Assembly (NCBI GenBank): GCA_977018835.1
Contig: OZ361257.1
Coordinates: 1,116,001 to 1,180,000, forward strand
Length of the DNA stretch: 64,000 bases
DNA from: Minutocellus sp. GHC0000111
Lineage: Eukaryota
Direction of reading: 5' to 3'
Shown here: piece by piece, positions 1 through 12,908 of the stretch
Layout of the letters: every line of letters starts with the position of its first letter
Numbering within the stretch: the first letter of the stretch is position 1
Program-made: the position numbers and the translations under genes
Notes under the pieces: model-generated
Database searches by the model: none
What the model was told of the DNA's origin: nothing
Seen by the model: the letters and a program-made list of their open reading frames with translations, nothing else

Positions 1-443
1 AATACGTGGTTGATGTGCGTCCGAAGGGACCCGTGCCAGTTGCAGCATTGGAATGGCGCATCCGCGAAGATGTCCCTACCAACCTACGTGCAGTGAAGAA
101 GGCTGCCATCGAGGTAGGCCAGGAGGGCGTATTGGCCATGAGGCAGCGTCGCAACAGCAGTCCCGTCAGCCGTGCTCTGGCGCAGGACACTACCCGGTCT
201 CCGGCTCGGAAGAGCGAGATACGTGCCAACGGTACCGTCGGCAAGCGTCGTGCCGCCAGAGATGCCGCAGTGGCCGCTGGTGGTGCTGCCAAGCGCACCG
301 CCCGAAAGGTCGTTGGTAGGGCTGGAGAGGCAGTCACTGCCGCTGCGGCTAACGTTGTCAACAAGACTCGACCACGACAGCTCGCTCCTGTTTGGGTGGA
401 CTGGTACGAAGATGAAACGATGGCAACATATTTGGACGACTGA
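1..443 (+). CDS. 3' end of a probable SRPBCC/START-fold (polyketide cyclase/COQ10-like) protein; gene starts upstream of the window
   Basis: Y-VDVRPKGPVPVAALEWRIREDVPTNLRAVKKAA resembles the C-terminal strand-helix of plant/algal polyketide-cyclase-like proteins; stop TGA 441-443. Confidence 0.5.
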   Translation, partial: YVVDVRPKGPVPVAALEWRIREDVPTNLRAVKKAAIEVGQEGVLAMRQRRNSSPVSRALAQDTTRSPARKSEIRANGTVGKRRAARDAAVAAGGAAKRTARKVVGRAGEAVTAAAANVVNKTRPRQLAPVWVDWYEDETMATYLDD

Positions 444-575
444 AGAAAGGACTGGCTGGATAATTCATTGATATCGTATTTTATAAATTGCTAATACTAA
501 ATCGCATAGAGTTTTTTCTGCCATTATCAGCATTGGCATTACTGTGACATTATTTCTACTCAAATGTATTGCTCG

Positions 576-1418
576 TCACCAAAGCATGCATATTGATCTT
601 GTGCTTTCGACTGGGTCTTGACATTTGATTAATTTGTCTTCGTTCCCCTCATGCTCATTAGCATCGTCATCCTCATCCTCGTACAGCTCGGCCATGTACT
701 TTCGCTTGACATAGTCCAATTCATCATCCTCTGACATACCTTTTGTAGCAACGATGTCCGGATGAGACGCTGATACTCCTCCCTCGGGCAGCCCCATGAG
801 CCTTTCCATCTCCCTCCGTTTCCTTGGCCCCCACTCTCTCAAGGATCGAACTGCCTCGTCAACTGACTCATAGCCACTGGCGTAGAATATTGCGGCAGAT
901 AAGATCCCAACGCCACCTACACTCAACATGGAACCGATAAGGAGTGCTCTCGCCGCCAAGACAGGTCCAGCAGGATTAAACCCTGTAGCCCCTGCTCTTC
1001 CTGCAGCAGCAGTAGTGGCGGCCGTGGCAGCACCACCGGAAGCTTCGGCGGCACTAGCACTTGCTGCTGCCGATGTTGGAGCTTTGGCCTTGCCCGCCGA
1101 AGGCAGCTCATGGCCCTCCATCAGCCGCGAAACGATGCCACCGCCACCACCAGTAGCGCCTCCACTCCCGGGCGTGTAGTTGTCCCCACCAGCCGCGGCA
1201 GCACGTTTCATTTCTCGTCGGTAACCGCCGTATGCTCCAAGAGCGAAGGGGAACGAGGCGCCCAAAAGAAATAGAGACGGGCTGATCATCGGTGGAGCAG
1301 CTGGGGGGTTGAGAGGTCCATTCTCACATGCATCGCCGTCACTAACCGAGTCAGGAGAAGGTATAGAAGCGTCCTCTCTCATACTCGTGGACGAACTCAT
1401 ACTAAGTAAGCCGCTCAT
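576..1418 (-). CDS. TMEM242/DUF1358-like membrane protein
   Basis: Two hydrophobic segments (LFLLGASFPFALGAYGG; LAARALLIGSMLSVGGVGILSAAIFYASG..S..E) arranged as in DUF1358. The upstream part of ORF 576..1532 runs into the transposon, so the start is placed at ATG 1418 (or 1400). Confidence 0.5.
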   Translation of the reverse strand: MSGLLSMSSSTSMREDASIPSPDSVSDGDACENGPLNPPAAPPMISPSLFLLGASFPFALGAYGGYRREMKRAAAAGGDNYTPGSGGATGGGGGIVSRLMEGHELPSAGKAKAPTSAAASASAAEASGGAATAATTAAAGRAGATGFNPAGPVLAARALLIGSMLSVGGVGILSAAIFYASGYESVDEAVRSLREWGPRKRREMERLMGLPEGGVSASHPDIVATKGMSEDDELDYVKRKYMAELYEDEDDDANEHEGNEDKLIKCQDPVESTRSICMLW

Positions 1419-1461
1419 AAAATCGTTGGCCAGTAGGCCGTGTGGCGACTGCGAAGTGATA

Positions 1462-4400
1462 CCAAGTGCGTACGCCAGCGACGTTTTCGCCCAGAAATCG
1501 GAAAGTCCGAAGAAATACCTACAAAATCTCATTTCTCAGAATGTTTTCCATAATTTTTGTTTTGGAACGACAGTTTTGTGCTACTCAAAAAACAAAAAAA
1601 ATAAAATTTGCCTGAACTGGAGAACTATTTATTTGAGAATTCGAGTCAATAAGGCAAGTTTGATGCAAAGTTATGAATGTTACCGAGGTGTCGCACTACA
1701 TGTAACTATCACCGTTAAAACTATCAACTTTTATGTACTTGTTGATATGTTCGCCGTGTTCGAGTCACTCGTGTAGGATGACACAGCACAGCTTCAGCAT
1801 CAGCCATTTTTACCAGCAAACACACGAGGTTTGAGTTTTTACACGTACCAAATGCATCAAAGCAAGCTAGTAACATAATAAATCTAAGTAAAAATGTCAA
1901 TCTAAGCTTTCTTGGAGCGAGGGGCGATACCGTCCTTGGTTGCGATGAAGTCGCCTCGGACGTTTTGTCCTTGTTGGGCCGTTGGCTTACAACTTCGCAA
2001 GAACTCGTTGCCGCCGCCATCATTTTCTTCCACTCTTTCTAGAATTCGTTTCGCCAACACGTATCCATGAGCGACTTTTTCCGATGTCAAATCGCTCCAT
2101 GTATCTTGGCATCGCTTCCATATTGCATCGTTGTTTCCGATGGCCTTCTCCCCGCCCTCCTTCAGCAAATGAGAGTGGATTTTAGACATGCAGGGGAAGA
2201 CGGCCAAGTAAGTCAAGATTGTTCGAGTAGGGCATCTGAGCAGCCTGGGGCTCCCAATACCAATGGCTCCTTATCTGGCATTGCTCCTTGCACCATGCTT
2301 GGAAATTGCCCTCGCGGTGAGGACCGGCATTGTTGCCTTGAACAACTACGCCATAGTTCTGGTACTTTCCATAGAGACTTGGATCAGCGATGGGCGGGGA
2401 ATTGTTTTCAGGATCAGCCTCGTATCGTTGCTTCTCCTCCTGATACTTTTCTTTGTCACCACAAGTAGCGGGAGGACCAACTAACTTCTCTAAAAGAGGG
2501 ATAATTTGATGTTCAAATATCTCTCGAAGAGAAAAGCTAGGATTAGTCGAAGTCCCGCTACTTACACCCTTCACCATAGCATCAACCATGTAGGGCCTAC
2601 CCTTCTCACGAATCAGCTCTCCATCGTAGCGCTGCCGACCCTCATCGTCCTTCCGACCAGCACGCTGATTCTTCTGCGCCATTCGGCCTTTCATGCATCG
2701 ATACAGACCAAGCATCAAGCCGTCGCCGCCATCCTCGATGTTACCGCCATAAGCATGCCCAGTGAACGCAACCACCATAATCTTCGGAATGTGGCACTTA
2801 TGCTGACAAAAATTCATTGGGTGATGAAGGCCCAGAGCCTCGCAGATTTTGTTGTTGCGCCTTCCGACTTACCCATGGAACCACTTTTCATCGTAATGCA
2901 CAAGAATAGTAGGCTCGGCTTCTCTCCCCCAGCCATTGAGGAAATGCTTCGCAAATCGGACATGCTCGGCCATCTGAGCTGTTGTAAGCAAAGGCAATAT
3001 TGCTTCTGCACCGCATGTAGCTCCACAATGCGAAGTAAACCACCGATCAATCGTCCTTGCACTGCACCAACCGTCAATGTCATCTGCAACATCCTGCCAA
3101 CTTTTGGACTGATCCTTGAGAAGTGTTGCAATAATCTCATCTCGAATTCCAGGCTGTCTAGCGATGGCCGACCGAGAAAGAAAGTTGAATGGCTCTTTGT
3201 TGTCGGCGGTAAGGTATTGGAACTTTTCGCGCGCCATCTTCCTTATGTCTCCCTGCGCAGATGAATCCAAGAGGTAGCAATTCTCAGCGGCCTCCGCCGA
3301 TGCCTTCTGTAGCAAATGCTCTCCATAAAAATATACTGGAGTGTACATCGAGCGCGCATGATCATAGTCTTCGATCACAGAAAGAAATTTGACCCTCTTC
3401 GCTCCGGGCTCCTCCCCTCTTTCCTTTCTCTTTCGCTTCTTGCTTTCCTTCTTCGCCTCTGCTCTTCGCTCGGCCTTCTGTGGCATCATGAGAGGCGATC
3501 GTACGCATCTTTGGGGTGGTGCCGCTCAACTCCATATGCGTGGGCGAGATTCACTATTGCGAGGGGATCTTTCGTCGCTGGAAGGGTTGCCATTCCAAGG
3601 GTCTTGCGCATGGCAGCAGCAGATGCCACAGCACCATAGTCCACAGCAATTGCAGTGTCAAAATCAGGGTCGTCCCTTGATAGGCCCATGCTATCAGCTC
3701 TCCATCCTCTGCAAAGATTCATTCCACCATTCTTTTTCATGAGCTCAGTTACAATCTGACCTCCGTCTTTCCGGCACTGCCGTTTCGCCGGCGGACTAGA
3801 GGCCGTTCCCCCATCGTCTTTGTCATCTCCTAATGCATCTTGGCGAGTCCTTTTGATAGCTGCACGAGCTGGGGGGTTGTGGATGATTGGAGCAGAAGAT
3901 GTGGCTGATCGAATTCGAGTGAGGCGGAAAAGGGGAACATCATGCTCAAATTTCTGGGCTGCGATGGCGTCATACTGCACATCCACCGTCAGCTTCCCAC
4001 CGGAGCCTTTCACATCGGTAACGATTCCATCACCGCCGGGAGAATTCTTGTGTGGGCTGTAGTCTCTGATGAAACCCTCACGGTATCGCCTTTTTGGAGG
4101 AGGGGTTTGCCCGACACATAGTTGCTCGTCTTCTTCCCCTTCGGCGGCGTAGTGATGGAAGTGACGGTACCTCTTTGTTTTGCATGCTCCTTCCTTTCAT
4201 ATTCAAGGCATATGCGCTTATTCTCGCGCTCTTTCTCCGCCGCGACCTGCGCCTTCTTGGCCGCCTTCTTCGCAATGTCTTCGGCTGCCTTCGCTTTCTC
4301 GGCATCCAATTGTTGGGATCGCTGCACTTGCGCCGGTGCTGGCGACGACGATGGATGAGAGGACGTATCAGTCGATGTACCAGTCGGCAGAGAAGGCGGA

Positions 4401-5339
4401 GAACGAGCAGGCAGGAGACACAATGGCCGGGCGAGTCGATGGCGTTCGAGTCACGTTCGACGAGGGTGAGGTATTGGCATAATTTGATTGCGATGCGGCC
4501 CGTGCAGACGTTGTTGGACGGCGGGATGAACGAGCGTTGTTGGAGGCTGCTGGCGACCGAAAATACGTAGGAGGCCATGGGAGGAGATCACCCCTGGATA
4601 AATGCATATGTCTGCAAGGTTTTTGTCGCTGAGATTGGTCGTGACGTGTTGTTTATATCGGCCACGAAGCATTTGTGGCAGCGCAAGTTTGCGTTCTCTT
4701 TGCCGTGTCTTTGGAAGTGCTGCACTTGACAGCAGTGGTGGAACGATGCGCCACATTTTGTGCACCGATCATTGGCGGGAGGGCCGGCCGAGCCAGGGAT
4801 AGCCAACGCGCAAAAGCGCCAATTTGAGAATAACTGCAGGAGTTTGGCATAAATGGGAGGAGGGGCAAGCGGTATCGTTTCGTTCTCGTTCTTTATGCTT
4901 GGATGGTCGGACGATGATTGGCTGATGAACATTGAAAATCTTCAGAGCCGTATAAAAGTTTTACTGTGTCAGAGAGATTTGGGCGGGAATGTGTCGATTT
5001 GGAGGGCGATCCCGACGCCGCCGGATTCGCAAGGAGCGCGATCGATGAAGGCGGCGAACATCACACGTTGCTCAACATATCTTGAACTAATCGATGAGGG
5101 AAAGTCCGATCGGTTGGACAACATTTCGTGATAAACGACCATGCAAAGCAACGACCTTTTGCCATGAAGAGAGAGGCAAACGAGACGGGCAAGCAAAAAA
5201 ACGATAAAAGACGCCCAAAATGTGCTAAATTAAGTAGTGGAGAGCCGGCCATGCCAGTAAAAGACATTTTTCCGCTCTCTCTTGTCACTCCTGTTCGCGA
5301 AAATTTCTCGCTGGCGTCGCCAGATCGACACGCACTTGG
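1462..5339 (-). mobile_element. IS630-Tc1-mariner DNA transposon (plant-mariner/DD39D-like), 3878 bp, defective
   Basis: TA duplication at 1460-1461 and 5340-5341. Imperfect TIRs: left CCAAGTGCGT-ACGCCAGCGA-CG-TTTTCGC; right (rc) CCAAGTGCGT-[GTCGATCTGGCG]-ACGCCAGCGA-GAAA-TTTTCGC. Internal transposase motifs present. Confidence 0.9.
1902..4850 (-). pseudogene. Long, frameshifted mariner-like transposase with N-terminal Cys/His cluster and Tudor/KOW-like segment
   Basis: Motifs VHYDEKWFHG, QGNNAGPH (second catalytic D changed to N, GAC->AAC) and WEPQAAQMPYSNNLDL (39-residue spacing) are spread over ORF pieces 2869-3489, 2182-2817 and 1902-2216; upstream pieces 3486-4850. Confidence 0.85.
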
Positions 5340-5501
5340 TATGAGTAATCAAATATAGGTGTCTCCCGATCCCTTAGTATCCCCCCTTACGTAGGCCTTA
5401 GCCCTGCCCTTGCTTAGCTCGCAGCCAGCATAATTCGTGAACGCTGGAGATACGAGAGTTTGCAAGTTGCGTTGCACTCAGCTCTTGACCAGTCACACAC
5501 A

Positions 5502-6097
5502 ATGGCTCTTGTTGGCTTGGCAGTAGTAGGCAGGGAAAATGAGCCGCTATATTTGCGGGATTTTGGTGCCGACTCGCTCTCGGCGTCCGCAGAGGCAGCA
5601 CCACCAACAACAGATGCCGAAGATGCAGATGCCTCCGACCCGTTCGGCTTCTTCAATCGGGAGGGTCGGGGTGCCAACGACAGCTGCTCCCTGCGGCATC
5701 AGTTCATCATCCATGCCGCGCTGGATCGATTTGAGGAGATGACCGGGCCAAGCTCGGGCGGACGGTGGCGGACTCCGGGGGCCGTGGGGAACAACGCGAT
5801 GTGGGTCGGCCTGCTGTGTCCAATGGAAGAGGTTCGAGTCTACGGGTATCTAACCAACACGGGAATAAAGTTCTGGTGGAAGACGAAGACGAGATGATGA
5901 TACAGAGCGGTGATACGAATAAGCAAACATCTGCGAGAGATAAGGATCTGAAGGCCTTTATGGTGGTGTTACATGATTTGTTTGTGGAGTACACATTGAA
6001 TCCATTCAGCAAATTGCGAGGGAAAATTTCATCCCGAAGGTTTGATGATGGCGTTCTCAAATGCGTAGCAGCCCTCAATGCCAAGCATGCTGCATAG
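5502..6097 (+). CDS. TRAPPC2L: Trafficking protein particle complex subunit 2-like (sedlin family)
   Basis: MALVGLAVVGRENEPLYLRDF, VYGYLTNTGIKF, LHDLFVEYTLNPF..ISSRRFD; one frameshift near 5870 (probable assembly indel). Confidence 0.85.
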
Positions 6098-6910
6098 ATT
6101 TGGTCGGATGCCATCGCCTCGAGTACATAGACAGGTTACATGAGGAATGAAGTTGCAGTACCGGCCAGTACCGGTTCAGCATGACCGTGTAAGATAGTAA
6201 TTTAAAAAAAGACTGTCAAGTGCGAGCGTAAATTTCTACTACTGAAGTTAGCCCAGAAACGAACATGATGCAGATAGAAGAATTCCTGCATGTGGGTACC
6301 GGTACGAATAGGGATGGGGCACGAGTATTGCGCTAATCATGTTGGGTCGATGTGCGATGGCCGCTCTTGCTTTGGTTGCTTGGCATCATTGCGCAGGTGC
6401 GCAGGGCAGGGGGCAAATAAAAAGGGACGAGCTCCCAGAACATCATTTTTTTCATTTTTCACGCACCGTTGCCGGTATCGTGCTTGCATATCAAGCGTGC
6501 GTTCCTGCATCCAAGGAGCGTTACAACTCCATCATATTGCCGTAAGTAAAGCTGGGAATATGCGTTGAGTTGCCAATTGGGGTGGGGGGCGGCTGGCGGT
6601 CGTATCTTGGCGGCTGGTGCGAGAGCATTGTCACGTTCCGCCGGCAGCTAAATCCTTCTCCGCTCACGTGGAATTTGTACCGGCTTCTACGGGCTCGTCA
6701 TTTGTCGGTGTGCATCAAACCACCCAACAACTCACCCTCATCGTTCCTTTCCACTTTGTACGTACTTGATTGTATTAATAGCACTCGCAAACAAAGCCTC
6801 TGGCTTGGTTCGTTGGGCGCATTATCCTGGTATTATTATTCGGCACGTCTTGTGTTTACTTTTTGTTTGTTTGGGAAGCACCGGCCGCATTTTTGTGTCG
6901 GAGGCAGTAA

Positions 6911-7627
<717 letters not shown>

Positions 7628-8038
7628 AGCACAAGGGAGGCAGGTGTGGACAAACTTGGTTTGGGAGTGAAGCGGAACATCTATCAGTGAAGGCTCGGCC
7701 TTAAGCCAGTGAGATTTACCGTGTGCCCCTGCTCCTTCGCTCTCAAACATTTTGATGATATGATAATAACATACATAACATGTAACATGATCGGACTTTG
7801 ACCTGTACATTGAGTCAAGCTCGTGAAGATACCGGTAGTGCGTTGAAAGAGCACGCACCGCCAAGCAGTACATGCTTCCTTCCGGACGTAGTTGATGAAA
7901 CATTCAAAACCTGGCTTGGATTATTTCTAATACATGGTTATGTACCCAATCCTAGCCAGCAATCTCTAGTGGGACTTCTAACTTGGTGTGAAATTCTCAA
8001 TTTGCAACAGCTGCGATTTCAACTCTCGCTCTCGTTTT

Positions 8039-9702
8039 CTAATCCTTCTTATCCTTACTGGAGCCACCATCGCCGGCGAGCGCATCAATGGCCGTCATGA
8101 TGCGCTTGAGAAGCTCCTTCATTTGCTTTGCCTTGGTGGCGGCAACAATGAGCATGAAAAAGAAGACCATAGCATAAATGTGAGAGAAGAACTCCGATAC
8201 GGCACGGCACGTCGAGGACCAGCTCGAGCAAGTGGAATCGGTGATCCATCGCATAACGACGGAGACAATGGCGATGGCCCCGGGAATGATGTAGATTTCG
8301 AGGCCTGCCAATGGGTTCCGACTTTCATTCAATTTCTTGTACAGCTGAAAGTCCTCTCGAATGTTGCGGAGGGTGTTCTCTCGAGCCATTTCGATGCCGC
8401 TCTGGACCGAACGTTGCAATATCTTCAAAGTGCTCGAGGCACTCCTGCACAGCCCTCTTGTGCATCTCTTCCAATTCGTCAGGTTTGAGGAACGAGGTGA
8501 CATTGGGCCCGGCAATGCGGTCCATCTTGTCCTTGTACTCATGGATGGTCAGATTGGTAGCATTGCTATTGTTGGCATTAGCTGTCGCCTCGAGCATAGT
8601 TGCTGCCTCGGGGAAGCGTGCTCCGGACTCGAACATCTTGGCATATGCCTTAATATATGCACCCAGCTCGGCGGCCGTCAGCTCTCTTCCTCGGATAGCC
8701 TTGGGGACTAGGTTGGTACCCTTGTTGAAGACACGCTCGCAGTACCGATCGAGAAGACGGAGGAACAGGGGGTCAATGGCCGATACTTCGCCAGTGTAGG
8801 TCTTCTTGGTAACCTTCATACCGGGATGCGTAAACATGAAGCACGATACCTTCTCGAAACAGCTGGAGATCTGGTCACGGGTTTCCTTGAGGTCAAGCGC
8901 ATCGCGCTCGGCAATGACGGTCTCGAGATACTCATTCATCTCGGTCTCCATCACATCCAAATCCTCCTCTTCGTCAAAGTTCTGCCAGTCGCGGACCAGA
9001 AACTCAATCCGTTGGAAGGGCTTCATCTTGTCCTCGGCGTCATCCTTACGCTTAGTCTTTTCATCGCTCTGGAGGGCCATCCGACCGTACTCACTAAATT
9101 AAGCCAATTGCTGCAAATTATCCTCCTGGATGCGCTTATCGACGTTGTAGATTTGATAACTGCTGAGCAACGTGCTGAGACCGAAAATAGACGCTGTCAG
9201 CGCCATCGTAGTTTCGCAGTCAAACATGCCCTGCGTATCGACCAAAATGACGGCCACATCCTCCTCCTCGCCCGTTTCGGGATTGGCCCTGCGGAGATAA
9301 TGCGGCTCGTTCCAGATCCAAATGCCCGTCGTGTTGCGCTCGGCTCCTCCACGCCAGTCGAACCCATCGTGCTGTCCGAGCGAATTGAACTGCGAGTACC
9401 AGGCCTCCTCCTCGGTCGAGTCCACGACGCCATCGCCGTTGGCATCGCCTCCGGCCTTGGGAGCCGGGAGTCGTCGACCCATGCAGCTTGAGGTAGCGCA
9501 GGAACCAGCTGAGGAGGAAGGACTTGCCCGTGCGGAAGGCCCCAACGACGGAAATTACAGACACCTTCCAGCCAGGAGGGACCTTGGACAGGACGTTGTT
9601 GAGGGTTTCTTCGTGGAAGGTGAAGGCGTATTGGTCGTCTTCGGTACCGACCGATACGATCTGAACCGCATGGGGCTTGTCATCAGCGGAGTCGTCCGTC
9701 AT
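8039..9702 (-). CDS. ATL: Atlastin-like GB1/RHD3 GTPase
   Basis: GAFRTGKS P-loop, DTQG, LVRDW, C-terminal two-TM hairpin; broken by apparent indels (~9470, ~8390) and a TAA at 9099-9101 where Leu is expected (LA*FSEYGRMA). Confidence 0.85.
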
Positions 9703-10200
9703 TTTTGGCCAGTAGCAGCAGTGCTCGATCGAAGTTTGTAGTACGTCAAAATTTCCTGGACTTAATCTGCTTCGCCTGCGCGTCGTCAGTAGAGATAGGA
9801 GGGATATCAGCTCGTAGCGTCAACTTATGCAGGTAGATGCGTCGTGGCACGGCGAAGCAACTAATAACCGGTCGATGTGCGTCAGGTTGCCCGTCCGCGC
9901 GCCCTCGCGGCGCGAGGCGGCTGGCTCATCATTTGGCTGGTTTCTGTTGGTCGTCATCATGGCATCACAAAGCAACTGGTCTATCTATCTGCTGCTTCTC
10001 TGAGAAAGAGCCGATTAGATCTACCATGTAGTCTAGACTTTGACACTTTGATCCGTGTTCAATAAGTCAGAACTATTAGTAGCCATTATCATTAGCACAA
10101 AACTTAGCTCGAATCAGCTAGATCTAGAGCAGGCCTCTTCATTTATTTGCCGTGTACCCGCCTTGAATGAAAAAATAAAAATGAATCATGATGAGAGTTC

Positions 10201-12422
10201 TTATGCCTCAACGGGCTCTTCAACCTTCTTCGCGGCAACCTTTTGTGCGACACCAGCGGGGAGAGCACCGCAGTCAATAGCATCAGACATGTCCTCAACG
10301 AGCTCTCCGCTGTTGTTGTAAACCTCGAAAGAAAGAGGGAGGAAGTAATCGGATTCGCCCTCGGGAGTCTTGACCTGGACACCACCAAGGACGGCAACCT
10401 TGCCATCGGCGACACTTCCGGCACCAGTGGTGACAATCTCGTCGACCATCTTCTTCTGGGCATCGTACAGAGCATAAGGGAGGTCAACCATCTTGTCCGA
10501 AGCCTTCTCGAGGTGCTCGGCATAGGGGAGGAGCATGGTACCAACAAAGTTCTGCTGAGCATCAATAGCAGTCTCGGGAGGTCCGTACTTGGAGGTCTCG
10601 CCGGAGTGAACGCCCGAAACGTATCCCGAAGCGGCGACCGCAGATCCACAGCAAGCACCACCGTTGGCACGGCCACGGCGCTCGACGGTACCGACCTTGC
10701 CGGTGGAGTCAACACCAACGTGGGGACCGAAAACAACAAGGCAGGAACCGCCATCGGGGATGTGCGAGGCCATGGCGCCGAAGGCGGTCTTACCGCCGAA
10801 GGGGAAGCCAGCAAGGCCGCCCATGCTGAAGTTGTCGTTGTAAACCTTCTTGAAATCGTCCTCGAGGACGCGGTTGACCTCATCGGCGCAGAGGAAGGTG
10901 GCAACGAGAGAGTTGGGTCCGTATCCGTGCTTCTCGAGCTTCTCAGCGACGGTGGAAACGAGGTCGGCGTTCTTCTTCGCCTTGGGGAAGTTGGTCTCGA
11001 TGGACTCCTTCATGGGGGTGCTGAAGGGGAGCTTGCCAACGCCAATCTTCTCACCAAGGTTTTTGGCCATGGATCCGTCGTTGTTGTAAACCTCGAAAGA
11101 AAGAGGGAGGAAGTAATCGGACATACCAGCGGGGGTATTGACCTGGATACCACCAAGGACGGCAACCTTGCCATCACCGGCAACGTTTCCAGCGCCAGCC
11201 TGGACGATGGTGTCCATGAGCTTCTTCTGGGCATCGTACAGAGCATAAGGGAGGTCAACCATCTTGTCAGCGGCCTCCTCAAGCTGCTCGGCATAGGGGA
11301 GGAGCATGGTGCCAACAAAGTTCTGCTGAGCATCATCGGGGGTGGCGGGGGGACCGTACTTGGAGGTCTCACCGGAGTGAACGCCGGCGGCATAACCAGA
11401 GGCAGCGACGGCAGATCCACAGCAAGCACCACCGTTGGCACGGCCACGGCGCTCGACGGTACCGACCTTGCCGGTGGAGTCAACACCAACGTGGGGACCG
11501 AAAACAACAAGGCAGGAACCGCCATCGGGGATGTGCGAGGCCATGGCACCGAAAGAAGTGATACCACCGAAAGGGAAGCCTATCAGATTTAAATTTTTGA
11601 CAAAAGAAAATGTGAACATTGTTAGATGAGATTAGGACAAGAAAACGAGAGGATACTTGTGATATTGTCGCAACTGTAAATGTGATGGAACACACATGAC
11701 AATGACGCGTAATTGTGCATGCTTCCTTTGGCCAGAATGTAAAGATACCAATCGAAGCTTCGAAACGTTTGTTTCAACAACAAATGTTACATAACATAGA
11801 CATTCAATAAGGATCGTGCAATTGCCAAAATATGCACATCTACCGGTATAAAAATGAACTCACCAGCGAGACCACCCATGCTGAAGTTGTCGCCGAAGAC
11901 CTTGGAGAAATCCTCCTCGAGGACGCGGTTGACCTCATCGGCGCAGAGGGAGGTGGCAACGAGAGAGTCCTTGCCGTATCCGAACTCCTTGAGGGCCGAG
12001 GCGACCTCGCTCACGAGCTTCTTGTTGGACTTGGCACCGGGGAAGACCTCCTCGATCTTGTCGACCGTCTCGGGCATGCCGGAGACAACGTCGGGGAGCT
12101 TCTCGAGGAGCTTGTTGGTGGCAACGCCAGCGGCGAGGGCACCGGCACCGACGGTGACGATGTCCTTGACTCCCTTGGCGGACTCAACGGCGGCCTCGGC
12201 GGCACGGGCGGCGGGGGGGAGGCCGGAAGTGGCCAGAGCGACGCCGCCGACGGCACCGGCAACCTTCTTCGCGACCTTGAGGGCGGCCTTGCGCTTGGCT
12301 CCGTTGGCCATCTCCAGCTCGGTGAAGGAGGCGCGCTGAGTACCGGCGGCCATGTGCTGGGGGGCGAAGGCCGAAGCCGTGCCGAAGAGGGAGAGGGCGA
12401 CGAGGGCAGTGTTGAGCTTCAT
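10201..12422 (-). CDS. Theta-type carbonic anhydrase (two tandem LCIB-like domains), plastid/thylakoid-lumen targeted; intron 11580-11863
   Basis: Signal peptide plus ASA-FAP, then a basic/hydrophobic AxA lumen-like segment. Each domain has the LCADE, GPHVG and ACCGS Zn-ligand motifs. The GTGAG...TAG intron restores GGLAGFPFGG. Confidence 0.93.
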
Positions 12423-12908
12423 TTTCGTTTATTATCATCATATCTAGAGAGCTTGGCTGCCAAAGAGTGTCGAGGGCTGCCGCGGTGGATACGTCGGAAT
12501 CAAGCAAGCGCAGGCGCAAAGAAGAAGCGGCCCCAGCAGCGCAAGAAGCGCAAAGAAGAAGTTCGAATTTCGGTACTGCGGCGAAGTTTGGCCACTGACG
12601 TATTCGTTTTAGTGGCTCAAATTTCCAAGGTTAGTGGATGTAAGTAAAAAGAGGGGGAAGACAAGATGTGAGTATTTGGGGGGCATCATGAGCGCCAGCC
12701 TCACCTTTCGGCATCGCGCTCTCGATGATTTTTGGCGCGTTGAGATCGGTTGAGCTGATGCGTTTGATTTGAGCAGTTTTGCAAGCTGAGCTGATTTCTC
12801 ACCATTCAACCTCACACTTCGTCCACACGTAGCTAGAGTCTTATTCCTTATTTGGTTCACCCTTCAGTCTGACTTCCTCCTTCGCTACAATTGCTGCCGC
12901 CTGTCATC

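Noticed and set aside
10243..11592. 449-aa ORF antisense to theta-CA (also 11832-12647)
   Set aside because: Shadow of strong codon bias in a highly expressed gene; no recognisable motifs
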